A DNA stretch of 32,000 nucleotides, taken from assembly GCA_022567895.1 (NCBI GenBank), contig JADFGC010000003.1, forward strand, positions 1 to 32,000. The letters are read 5' to 3'. The DNA is from Nitrososphaerota archaeon. Its GTDB lineage: Archaea; Thermoproteota; Nitrososphaeria; Nitrososphaerales; Nitrosopumilaceae. The notes beneath the pieces are model-generated. The model was not told the DNA's origin, searched no databases, and worked only from the letters and a program-made list of their open reading frames with translations. Below, in pieces: positions 8,967-15,159 of the stretch. Position numbers and translations under genes: made by a program. The number at the start of each line of letters is the position of its first letter. The stretch's first letter is position 1.

Positions 8967-9083
8967 GCCCTGCCTGACTATAGAACAAAATTAAACGTTA
9001 CTTGATCCCATCTAAGAATCAAAATCCGGAGTAAAAAGAAAAGTTAAATATTAACATAAGGTTCATTTGACTAGGTAAATGCT

Positions 9084-9413
9084 ATGAAAAAAATAATTGT
9101 TTTATCAATTATGTTGACTCTGGTAGCATTGGGCAGTATGGGATTCATTGGATATGCATATGCACAATACATGGGCAATGTTGGATCAGCCGGAGAAACC
9201 GGTCAAAACACACTAGAAGAACACCTTCAACTTGCAAGACGAGCAATTGAAGCTGTAGAAGCGAACCCAGCAGCTGGTTCAGGTACACCAGTTCTTGACG
9301 CTGATGGTGTAATTGGTGGCATAATTATTGCAGGTGCAGTCTTTGGTGGTGTTTCAGCAGCATTAGCCATAAAAGGAAAATCTGGAAAGTACGCCGCTCA
9401 GGGAAGAGGCTAA
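9084..9413 (+). CDS. Small membrane protein (signal/TM plus C-terminal TM); candidate accessory AMO subunit (AmoY/AmoZ-like)
   Basis: 109 aa. It has an N-terminal hydrophobic signal-like segment (MKKIIVLSIMLTLVALGSMGFIGYAYA) and a C-terminal TM (VIGGIIIAGAVFGGVSAALAI). A TATA-like TTAAATATTAA lies about 32 nt upstream and a T-rich tail follows the stop. It lies 1.4 kb from amoB. Confidence 0.55.
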   Translation: MKKIIVLSIMLTLVALGSMGFIGYAYAQYMGNVGSAGETGQNTLEEHLQLARRAIEAVEANPAAGSGTPVLDADGVIGGIIIAGAVFGGVSAALAIKGKSGKYAAQGRG

Positions 9414-9521
9414 TCACAGAACTTTCTTTCTTATTTTATTCATATTCATAGAGTATACTGATCTGCGCATCTTTGATAATCGCAGAAATCTATATAACGC
9501 ACTAATATCGTTCACTAAACA

Positions 9522-9791
9522 ATGGCTCCTATCATGGGAATATTACTAAACATTTTGTCTACACTAACAGGACAGCTTGGACCAAACTATGATCCATTAT
9601 TCTACGATGTAATGATTTACATCTTTGGAACGATAATGTTTACAGTTTTCCTATTATCAATGATAGCATTTTGGCTTCGTGTCCATGGTTGGTCATACAA
9701 AGACAACCGTGAGAGATGGGTTGATGAATTAGATAGACACTTTGAAAGAGAAGGTATTGGTCTAATTCCAGACAACGGAAAATACTGGTAA
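9522..9791 (+). CDS. Small single-TM membrane protein; candidate accessory AMO subunit (AmoY/AmoZ-like)
   Basis: 89 aa with one clear TM (VMIYIFGTIMFTVFLLSMIAFWL) and a charged C-terminal tail. It has its own TATA (CTATATAAC) about 28 nt upstream of the ATG and a T-rich tail after the stop. Confidence 0.55.
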   Translation: MAPIMGILLNILSTLTGQLGPNYDPLFYDVMIYIFGTIMFTVFLLSMIAFWLRVHGWSYKDNRERWVDELDRHFEREGIGLIPDNGKYW

Positions 9792-9852
9792 ACTCTTTCC
9801 TCTTTTTATTATGTTATTTAGAAATAGCATTTGCTATTGTTTAGTCTAAATA

Positions 9853-10377
9853 TTATACATCTGGCGGCATAAAGTCCGAATCCTTTGATTCGTCATATTC
9901 CTTTGAAATAAATTCAGCTCGATAATGGGATCCGTCCTTTAATGGGTGTTTAATAAAATGCTCAGATTCAATACCATCTACGAAAAGTTTTGATTTTGAT
10001 TCATCCATATCTCTTAAGGGAAATTCAAAAATCCATAAAAAGTGACCAATTTCAAAACCCGGATCTTCTTTCCATTCAGCGAAAACAGTTCCATCATTAC
10101 TAAGCGTGTAGATTGCTCTCTGACATCCCCCTTCCATAAAACCAACGTTGGCAGGAATGTCAGCTCTCAGACCATCTACATACAATTCAACTGTAAATGA
10201 AATTTTATAATTTGTTTCAATGTCATTAATACATGCACTTCGGGGTTGGGATTGAAGGAAGGGGTTTATAGAAAAAACAGTAATCAATACTGCGATAATT
10301 CCCACAACTCCAGTAAGAGCTAGGAATCTCAGAGTTTTTTTTCTTTTGTAAGGATCTCCCATCCCAGGCCAAAACAT
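9853..10377 (-). CDS. Membrane-anchored protein of unknown function with an extracytoplasmic domain
   Basis: The track ORF begins at a TTG (10389). I prefer ATG 10377 (MFWPGMGDPYKRKK...), which has a TTTAAGTAAT TATA-like element about 22-31 nt upstream. It has one TM (LALTGVVGIIAVLITVF) followed by a ~125-aa domain with two Cys and several His. No family recognised. Confidence 0.55.
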   Translation of the reverse strand: MFWPGMGDPYKRKKTLRFLALTGVVGIIAVLITVFSINPFLQSQPRSACINDIETNYKISFTVELYVDGLRADIPANVGFMEGGCQRAIYTLSNDGTVFAEWKEDPGFEIGHFLWIFEFPLRDMDESKSKLFVDGIESEHFIKHPLKDGSHYRAEFISKEYDESKDSDFMPPDV

Positions 10378-10501
10378 GCAATGATTCAATGCGAATTACT
10401 TAAAGTCGTTTCTATGACTATTCATCCATTATTTCCAAAGTGTCAGACTGATCCTGATGATCTGCAATAAAGTAAGTTATTTCATCAGAGTCAACTTCAA
10501 C

Positions 10502-10735
10502 TCATTCAGATTCTCCATGGTATGGCAAATAATCTTCAACGAAAATGTCTCCAAGTCCTGTAAATCTAACAATCATCCTCTCCTTTTTTGGCGAAAACCC
10601 AAAAGGAAGTTTTAGGACTTTGCCCCTTCTTTCATTTTGGACATTAATTTTGAATTCTTCTTTTTCATGTTCTACCTCTCCAAAAAAATAACTCTGGTTT
10701 ATGTCAAGTCGAAGAATTTTAAAACTAAGAACCAT
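10502..10735 (-). CDS. Small hypothetical protein
   Basis: 77-aa ATG-initiated ORF downstream of amoB on the same strand. No motif recognised. Confidence 0.4.
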   Translation of the reverse strand: MVLSFKILRLDINQSYFFGEVEHEKEEFKINVQNERRGKVLKLPFGFSPKKERMIVRFTGLGDIFVEDYLPYHGESE

Positions 10736-10844
10736 TATTTTGTATTGGTCTTAATAAGAGATAAAATTTTGATTCATAAAGTATGAGTATAATATACAAC
10801 ATCCTATGTAATTATTTTATAAAATGAAAAGAATGGTTGGGAAT

Positions 10845-11414
10845 TTAGATTACTTGCCAGGGTCGAGTCGCAAATGTAATGATATAGCCCACACCAATTA
10901 TGATGGATTGGTATGCAATGTTTGTGTATGGTATTGGTTTTATGATGTAATCCCCATCAACGACAACTGTTTGACCTGGACCAAGTCCTGGACCAACGCT
11001 TGCAACGTTAAGCTGAGTGTGTAGGTGATATACTCCTGGCTCTAGTGCCTTTGCACATACTTGGTAATCTACAACACTATTGCCTTCGATATCAAATACA
11101 GTTCCTGGTGGATCTCGTGATAACATTTCCCATCTATTTCCAGCGTTAGTTGATTCTGAGAAGATTGATATCCAAGCCCGAGAATCTCTTTCAATCAAGC
11201 TGACTAATGTGCCTGCAAGACATATAGTCTCACCTGTTTGCATGGATTGTCTGGTGAATGTTTCATCCTCAATTCTAATGAAACGACTCTGGAGTTGTGC
11301 TTGGACACCGTGTGCCTCAGCGCTTGGAAGAATAGAATCAACCCAATTGAAACCCATAGTTCCTAGTGCTAATATCATTCCGAGCCCAATAACAATTAGT
11401 TTTTTATTGACCAT
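10845..11414 (-). CDS. amoB: Ammonia monooxygenase subunit B (archaeal)
   Basis: 189 aa. It has a signal peptide, the mature N-terminus AEAHGVQAQLQSRF with the conserved copper-site His, and a C-terminal TM (IIIGVGYIITFATRPWQVI). Sequence recognised as thaumarchaeal AmoB. Position next to amoC/X/A agrees. Confidence 0.9.
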   Translation of the reverse strand: MVNKKLIVIGLGMILALGTMGFNWVDSILPSAEAHGVQAQLQSRFIRIEDETFTRQSMQTGETICLAGTLVSLIERDSRAWISIFSESTNAGNRWEMLSRDPPGTVFDIEGNSVVDYQVCAKALEPGVYHLHTQLNVASVGPGLGPGQTVVVDGDYIIKPIPYTNIAYQSIIIGVGYIITFATRPWQVI

Positions 11415-11498
11415 AGTTATCCCATTAATTAACCAGAAAAGTGATACCCATCGTTATATGTTTTACCTTGATGTCGTGGATCGAGAATATGATCTGGT

Positions 11499-11522
11499 TG
11501 ATTAACATCAATGATTAACATC
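11499..11522. repeat. Tandem direct repeat TGATTAACATC-aa-TGATTAACATC in the amoB/amoC divergent intergenic region
   Basis: Read directly: ttgATTAACATCaaTGATTAACATCga. There are two identical 11-mers with 13-bp periodicity. Each carries a TGAT-N4-ATCA inverted half-site pattern. It lies 85-108 nt upstream of the amoB ATG and about 125-150 nt upstream of the amoC TATA. Confidence 0.85.
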
Positions 11523-11645
11523 GAAACCCATTTTTTAAACCATTAATTTTATAATCATTTTCTAGAAATTTTATGTAAAAAATACAAAGATTTCATGTGA
11601 ATTTTATAAAAATTATAATAATTTTGGCATATTTTGAACCCTTCC

Positions 11646-11652
11646 TTTATAT
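11646..11652 (+). promoter_or_regulatory. TATA box of amoC (TTTATAT)
   Basis: cCTTTATATCCaaaaaaa is centred 27 nt upstream of the ATG at 11676. This implies a leaderless or near-leaderless amoC mRNA and supports the 11676 start. Confidence 0.55.
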
Positions 11653-11675
11653 CCAAAAAAACAAGTACTACACAT

Positions 11676-12239
11676 ATGGCACAAATGCCGGCACTAATTC
11701 CAAAAGAAGTCGAGATTCAAAGACTGAAAAAAATCTGGCTTATGATTATCGCTTTGGGATCAATTGCTGCATCGGTCGAAGTCGACAACTTTGTTGACGG
11801 TTCTCTACATCAAACATCTATCAGAGATAGTGCATTCACACCAGCACACTGGTGGCTATACAGTCACTTTGTGGCTCTGCCAATAGGTTGGGGTATGCTT
11901 GCAGTCTATGATAGAAAAGTACCAATTCTCAGAGGTCCAAACAACTCTATGAACACTGGCTTGAAGATGACCATTCTTGGTTACCTTGCAACAATGTTCA
12001 CAATTGGAGTCAATGAGATGTGGCACTTCTGGTTTGTAGAAGAAATCTTTGCAGTACCGAATCACTGGATGTTTAACATGGGTGTTGTTGTAGCCTTTAT
12101 TGGCGCTCTAGCATACGTAGTTAGAATATACGCTAGACTGGTTGAACTTGGCGCAGAAACACCAGGTGAAAACCCCTACATCGCTGAAATGTACAAGATG
12201 GCCCTAGAAGGCAAATTGTACAGTAGATCCATACCATAA
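11676..12239 (+). CDS. amoC: Ammonia monooxygenase subunit C (archaeal)
   Basis: MAQMPALIPKEVEIQRLKKIWLMII... is recognised as thaumarchaeal AmoC (187 aa from ATG 11676). Track ORF 11634 adds 14 residues that would begin upstream of the TATA-predicted transcription start. Confidence 0.92.
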   Translation: MAQMPALIPKEVEIQRLKKIWLMIIALGSIAASVEVDNFVDGSLHQTSIRDSAFTPAHWWLYSHFVALPIGWGMLAVYDRKVPILRGPNNSMNTGLKMTILGYLATMFTIGVNEMWHFWFVEEIFAVPNHWMFNMGVVVAFIGALAYVVRIYARLVELGAETPGENPYIAEMYKMALEGKLYSRSIP

Positions 12240-12352
12240 GCAAAAACGTGCGATAAGCACCTTTTTTCTTTTTATTATATTTAAAAAACCAGATCGGGCG
12301 CTCGTGATAATTTAGGAAAGACTTAAAAAGATTCTGATTAGTTATATCCCAA

Positions 12353-12715
12353 ATGAGTCTTCCAAAAGGATTTGGAGCAGGAGGTACCGGTGGAGCCGGA
12401 AGTGCTGATGTCGAAAGGATGATTGGCAAACGTGTAGAAAACATGACAGGTTTCTTTACCCTTGCCTATATTGCTGCCTGGTTAGCAACTTTTGGTGGTA
12501 CTGCAGCAGGATACTTCTATTATCCATGGGCATATCCAACAAACAGCGGTCATTATGCATTTATCGTCCTAACCATCATTGAATCAGTTGGTTACATCTT
12601 CGTCGTTAAAGTAGCGCAAGAAGGTTCTAACAAGAATAGCAATGGTATTATCGCAGTAACAGTTGGGTCAATTGCTGTACTTACTCCGCTCATCGCTATA
12701 TTCGTAGGATTTTAA
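12353..12715 (+). CDS. amoX: AmoX (small membrane protein encoded between amoC and amoA in archaea)
   Basis: Sitting between amoC and amoA is diagnostic for amoX in Nitrosopumilales. The product has hydrophobic helices (FFTLAYIAAWLATFGGTAAGYFYY; YAFIVLTIIESVGYIFVV; IIAVTVGSIAVLTPLIAIFVGF). The start is ambiguous: ATG 12353 gives 120 aa and ATG 12419 gives 98 aa. A TTATATCC element like the amoC TATA sits at 12342-12349, only ~8 nt before 12353. Confidence 0.75.
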   Translation: MSLPKGFGAGGTGGAGSADVERMIGKRVENMTGFFTLAYIAAWLATFGGTAAGYFYYPWAYPTNSGHYAFIVLTIIESVGYIFVVKVAQEGSNKNSNGIIAVTVGSIAVLTPLIAIFVGF

Positions 12716-12826
12716 ATCCATTTTTCACTTTTTATTAATTCGAACCCACTGTGAAGTATTATCAGATAATTAGGAATGAAAATTTCGGGTTCAAACCTTT
12801 AATTCGATCTTGAACTTTTGCTAAAA

Positions 12827-12835
12827 TTTTATATA
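12827..12835 (+). promoter_or_regulatory. TATA box of amoA (TTTTATATA)
   Basis: ctaaaaTTTTATATActgacc is centred about 28 nt upstream of the amoA ATG (12859). This spacing matches an archaeal promoter driving a leaderless mRNA. Confidence 0.55.
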
Positions 12836-12858
12836 CTGACCCCATATTCTACTGATTA

Positions 12859-13509
12859 ATGGTCTGGCTTAGGCGATGTACGCACTACTTGTTCATTATA
12901 GTAGTTGCGGTAAACGGAACTCTGCTTACAATTAATGCAGGTGACTACATTTTCTACACTGATTGGGCCTGGACTTCATTTGTAATATTCTCTATATCTC
13001 AAACGTTGATGCTTACTGTAGGAGCTTGTTATTATCTAACATTCACTGGCGTTCCAGGAACAGCTACGTATTATGCATTAATCATTACTGTGTATACATG
13101 GGTTGCAAAAGGTGCATGGTTTTCACTCGGATATCCATATGACTTTATTGTTACTCCAATATGGTTACCATCAGCAATGCTGTTGGACTTGGCGTACTGG
13201 GCAACAAAACGAAACAAGCACTCGTTGATACTGTTTGGCGGAGTACTGGTAGGAATGTCATTGCCATTGTTCAACATGGTAAACCTGATAACAATAGCAG
13301 ACCCACTAGAAACGGCATTCAAATATCCAAGACCAACATTGCCACCATACATGACACCGATAGAACCGCAGGTCGGAAAGTTCTATAACAGTCCGGTCGC
13401 GCTTGGTGCAGGTGCTGGTGCAGTATTGTCCGTTACGATGGCAGCGTTAGGATGTAAACTAACAACGTGGACGTATAGATGGATGGCCGCTTGGTCAAAG
13501 TGGGACTAA
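12859..13509 (+). CDS. amoA: Ammonia monooxygenase subunit A (archaeal)
   Basis: 216 aa. MVWLRRCTHYLFIIVVAVNGTLLTINAGDYIFYTDWAWTSF...YRWMAAWSKWD is near-identical to the Nitrosopumilus AmoA sequence I know. Confidence 0.97.
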   Translation: MVWLRRCTHYLFIIVVAVNGTLLTINAGDYIFYTDWAWTSFVIFSISQTLMLTVGACYYLTFTGVPGTATYYALIITVYTWVAKGAWFSLGYPYDFIVTPIWLPSAMLLDLAYWATKRNKHSLILFGGVLVGMSLPLFNMVNLITIADPLETAFKYPRPTLPPYMTPIEPQVGKFYNSPVALGAGAGAVLSVTMAALGCKLTTWTYRWMAAWSKWD

Positions 13510-13520
13510 ATTCCCAACTA

Positions 13521-13547
13521 TCCTTTTCATTTTATTAGATTTTTTTA
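13521..13547 (+). terminator. Oligo-T termination region after amoA
   Basis: tccTTTTcaTTTTaTTagaTTTTTTT lies 12-38 nt after the amoA stop. Similar C/T-rich (ctttttatta-type) tails follow amoC, amoX and both small membrane genes. Archaeal RNAP terminates at oligo-T. Confidence 0.4.
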
Positions 13548-13610
13548 AACTGAATTCTAGGCAGACGTACGAATAAAAAATGGGTCATTATGGGTCATTT
13601 TTAGTTACTT

Positions 13611-13844
13611 TTAGTCAAAAGGCATTCCCATGATTTTCTCCACAGGAATTTTTCTTATGAAAGTTAGAACTTGTTTTCTTTCATCTAACAGAACTTTTAC
13701 TTTATCATCATTCATTTGTTCTCTCAATTCATCATCAATCCATTCTTCACTTGTTTCATCAGAGATTTTCTTTTCAATTGGCATATTCTTTTGAATAGAA
13801 TCTATTGATATTAAGTCAAACTGATCGATCAGTCTAGCTAACAC
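13611..13844 (-). CDS. Doubtful small acidic ORF
   Basis: 77 aa from a GTG, or 57 aa from ATG 13784. No motif. It is divergent from the methyltransferase gene. Coding status uncertain. Confidence 0.3.
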   Translation of the reverse strand: MLARLIDQFDLISIDSIQKNMPIEKKISDETSEEWIDDELREQMNDDKVKVLLDERKQVLTFIRKIPVEKIMGMPFD

Positions 13845-13931
13845 AAATGTGAGATCAATTGATCCTTTTGAACACGAGAAAATGAATCAAAACGAAATTT
13901 GTATTTAACCTATTCTGAGTTTGCTAAAAAA

Positions 13932-13955
13932 ATATTGTGTACATGTACACAATAT
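13932..13955. promoter_or_regulatory. Perfect 24-bp palindrome ATATTGTGTACATGTACACAATAT (operator-like) upstream of the methyltransferase gene
   Basis: Checked base by base: the sequence equals its own reverse complement. It lies 43-66 nt upstream of the GTG start at 13998, in the divergent intergenic region. Confidence 0.8.
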
Positions 13956-13997
13956 GTCAACATCTTTTCTCAATAGCTCATAACAAGAGCATGGCGG

Positions 13998-14861
13998 GTG
14001 AAGCAGCAATATCGCCAGATTTCTATATCCTATCCAAAACCCTTTGTAAAATGGGCCGGAGGAAAAAGACAATTAATTCCAGTTTTGAATCAACACCTTC
14101 CAGATAATTATGGTTCATTTTTTGAACCATTTTTGGGTGGAGGGGCCATGTTATTCCATATCATCACTAATTCTCCAAAACAAAAATGCATAGTTTCTGA
14201 TTTGAATTCTGACCTGGTTTTGGCATATGTCACAATTCGGGATAAGGTTGATGAGCTGATATCATCTCTGAAAAGTCATTCAAAAAATTATTTCAAAAAT
14301 TCCAAATCCTACTATTATGATATCCGAGATTTAGAACCAAGAAGCCAAGTGGAAAAAGTATCAAGACTCATTTTCCTAAATCGAACCTGCTTTAACGGAT
14401 TATACCGTGTCAACAGCAAAGGAAAATTCAATGTTCCACTAGGCCGTTATACAAATCCAAATATTGTAAATGAGGAAAATCTAAGGTCTGTCAGTGCTAC
14501 TCTAAAATCCAGAAAAATCCAAATCAACTGCAGGGATTTCTCTGCAATTTTTGATGATGTCAAAAAAGATGATTTTGTATATTTTGATCCTCCATACCAG
14601 CCAGTTAGCTCTACTGCCAATTTCACAAGCTACACAAATCGTGATTTCACATATGATGATCTCAAACGCCTTTCCAAACTATGCAAAAAACTAGATTCTA
14701 AAGGATGCAAATTCATGTTATCAAATTCTAATTCTGAAGAAGTTTTGAAAATCTTCTCAAACAACTCTTGGAAAGTTTTTGAAATAGAAGCAAATCGTAC
14801 CATCAATTCAAATTCTAAAAAACGAACTGGCCATTCTGAATTATTGATTAAAAATTACTAA
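13998..14861 (+). CDS. Dam-family (alpha-class) DNA N6-adenine methyltransferase
   Basis: 287 aa. Motifs are FVKWAGGKRQLIPVL, the AdoMet motif FEPFLGGGAM, NRTCFNGLYRVN and the catalytic FDPPY. The motif order matches Dam/DpnIIA-type enzymes, which usually target GATC. It has a GTG start with no in-frame ATG nearby. No adjacent endonuclease gene was recognised. Confidence 0.85.
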   Translation: MKQQYRQISISYPKPFVKWAGGKRQLIPVLNQHLPDNYGSFFEPFLGGGAMLFHIITNSPKQKCIVSDLNSDLVLAYVTIRDKVDELISSLKSHSKNYFKNSKSYYYDIRDLEPRSQVEKVSRLIFLNRTCFNGLYRVNSKGKFNVPLGRYTNPNIVNEENLRSVSATLKSRKIQINCRDFSAIFDDVKKDDFVYFDPPYQPVSSTANFTSYTNRDFTYDDLKRLSKLCKKLDSKGCKFMLSNSNSEEVLKIFSNNSWKVFEIEANRTINSNSKKRTGHSELLIKNY

Positions 14862-14862
14862 A

Positions 14863-14936
14863 AGCTTTGAGCGGGATCCGGACCCGCGACCTTTACCTTA
14901 CCAAGGTAACGCTCTACCAGGCTGAGCTATCAAAGC
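14863..14936 (-). tRNA. tRNA-Thr (anticodon GGU), intron-less, atypical T-loop
   Basis: Hand fold of the minus strand: GCTTTGA-TA-GCTC-AGCCTGGTA-GAGC-G-TTACC-TTGGTAA-GGTAA-AGGTC-GCGGG-TCCGGAT-CCCGC-TCAAAGC plus discriminator. All four stems are fully paired. The T-loop is UCCGGAU rather than UUCRAAU. Confidence 0.8.
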
Positions 14937-15031
14937 GATAAATTGCTGTTGTAGAAAATCCTTATAATTCTTGATTAATTTATGACGAAACTCAACTGTT
15001 AAATTTCCAGCACCGTTTAGCTAATCCGAGG

Positions 15032-15154
15032 GGAGGAGTAGTCAAGCCTGGCCAAAGAAAACTAATTTAGTTTTTGGACACGCGGGACTTAAGATCATAA
15101 AAATGGGTGATCCCGTCTCTTAGGGGTTCGTGGGTTCAAATCCCACCTCCTCCA
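15032..15154 (+). tRNA. tRNA-Leu (anticodon UAA) with two introns (about 15058-15079 in the D-arm; 15094-15109 at canonical 37/38)
   Basis: Hand fold: acceptor GGAGGAG/CTCCTCC plus A, D-arm GTCA-AGCCTGGCCAA-AGAC, anticodon arm CGGGA-CTTAAGA-TCCCG, 14-nt variable arm TCTCTTAGGGGTTC, T-arm GTGGG-TTCAAAT-CCCAC. A normal 85-nt class II tRNA results only after removing a 22-nt hairpin insert (AAAACTAATTTAGTTTTTGGAC) and a 16-nt insert (ATCATAAAAATGGGTG). Confidence 0.8.
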
Positions 15155-15159
15155 CTTGA

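Noticed and set aside
10418-10504. In-frame continuation after the TGA stop of the 77-aa ORF (…HGESE*VEVDSDEITYFIADHQDQSDTLEIMDE*)
   Set aside because: It could suggest stop-codon readthrough, selenocysteine, or a sequencing error splitting a 105-aa protein. I see no SECIS-like element, the ORF itself is of doubtful function, and 27 open codons after a stop can occur by chance. It would only be worth checking if orthologs lack the stop.
10824-11505. Plus-strand ORFs 10824-11024 and 11080-11505
   Set aside because: They are antisense to amoB, whose identity is unambiguous.
11597-11797. ORF 11597-11797 and the 11634 start of the amoC ORF
   Set aside because: The recognisable AmoC N-terminus (MAQMPALIP) begins at ATG 11676. 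The TATA box at 11646-11652 would put the transcription start downstream of 11634. ORF 11597 is in a different frame overlapping amoC.
12133-12444. Minus-strand 103-aa ORF spanning the amoC end, the intergenic region and the amoX start
   Set aside because: It runs antisense across two supported genes and a promoter region. Its Pro/Ala-rich translation mirrors the Gly-rich amoX N-terminus.
12739-12795. TTCGAACCC ... GGGTTCAAA long-range complement between amoX and amoA; GGGTTCAAACC resembles a tRNA T-arm
   Set aside because: The helix is interrupted (6+2 bp with a mismatch) and has a 39-nt loop. No cloverleaf can be built around the T-arm-like string. It is probably fortuitous or at most a weak RNA stem.
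13071-13388. ORFs 13071-13352(-) and 13161-13388(+) within amoA
   Set aside because: They lie inside the near-perfectly recognised amoA frame and are alternative-frame or antisense artefacts.
13510-14936. Possible tRNA-Thr-associated genomic island carrying the methyltransferase
   Set aside because: There is no integrase or transposase, no direct repeat of the tRNA 3' end toward amoA, and no obvious compositional shift by eye. Island status is unsupported from this window alone.
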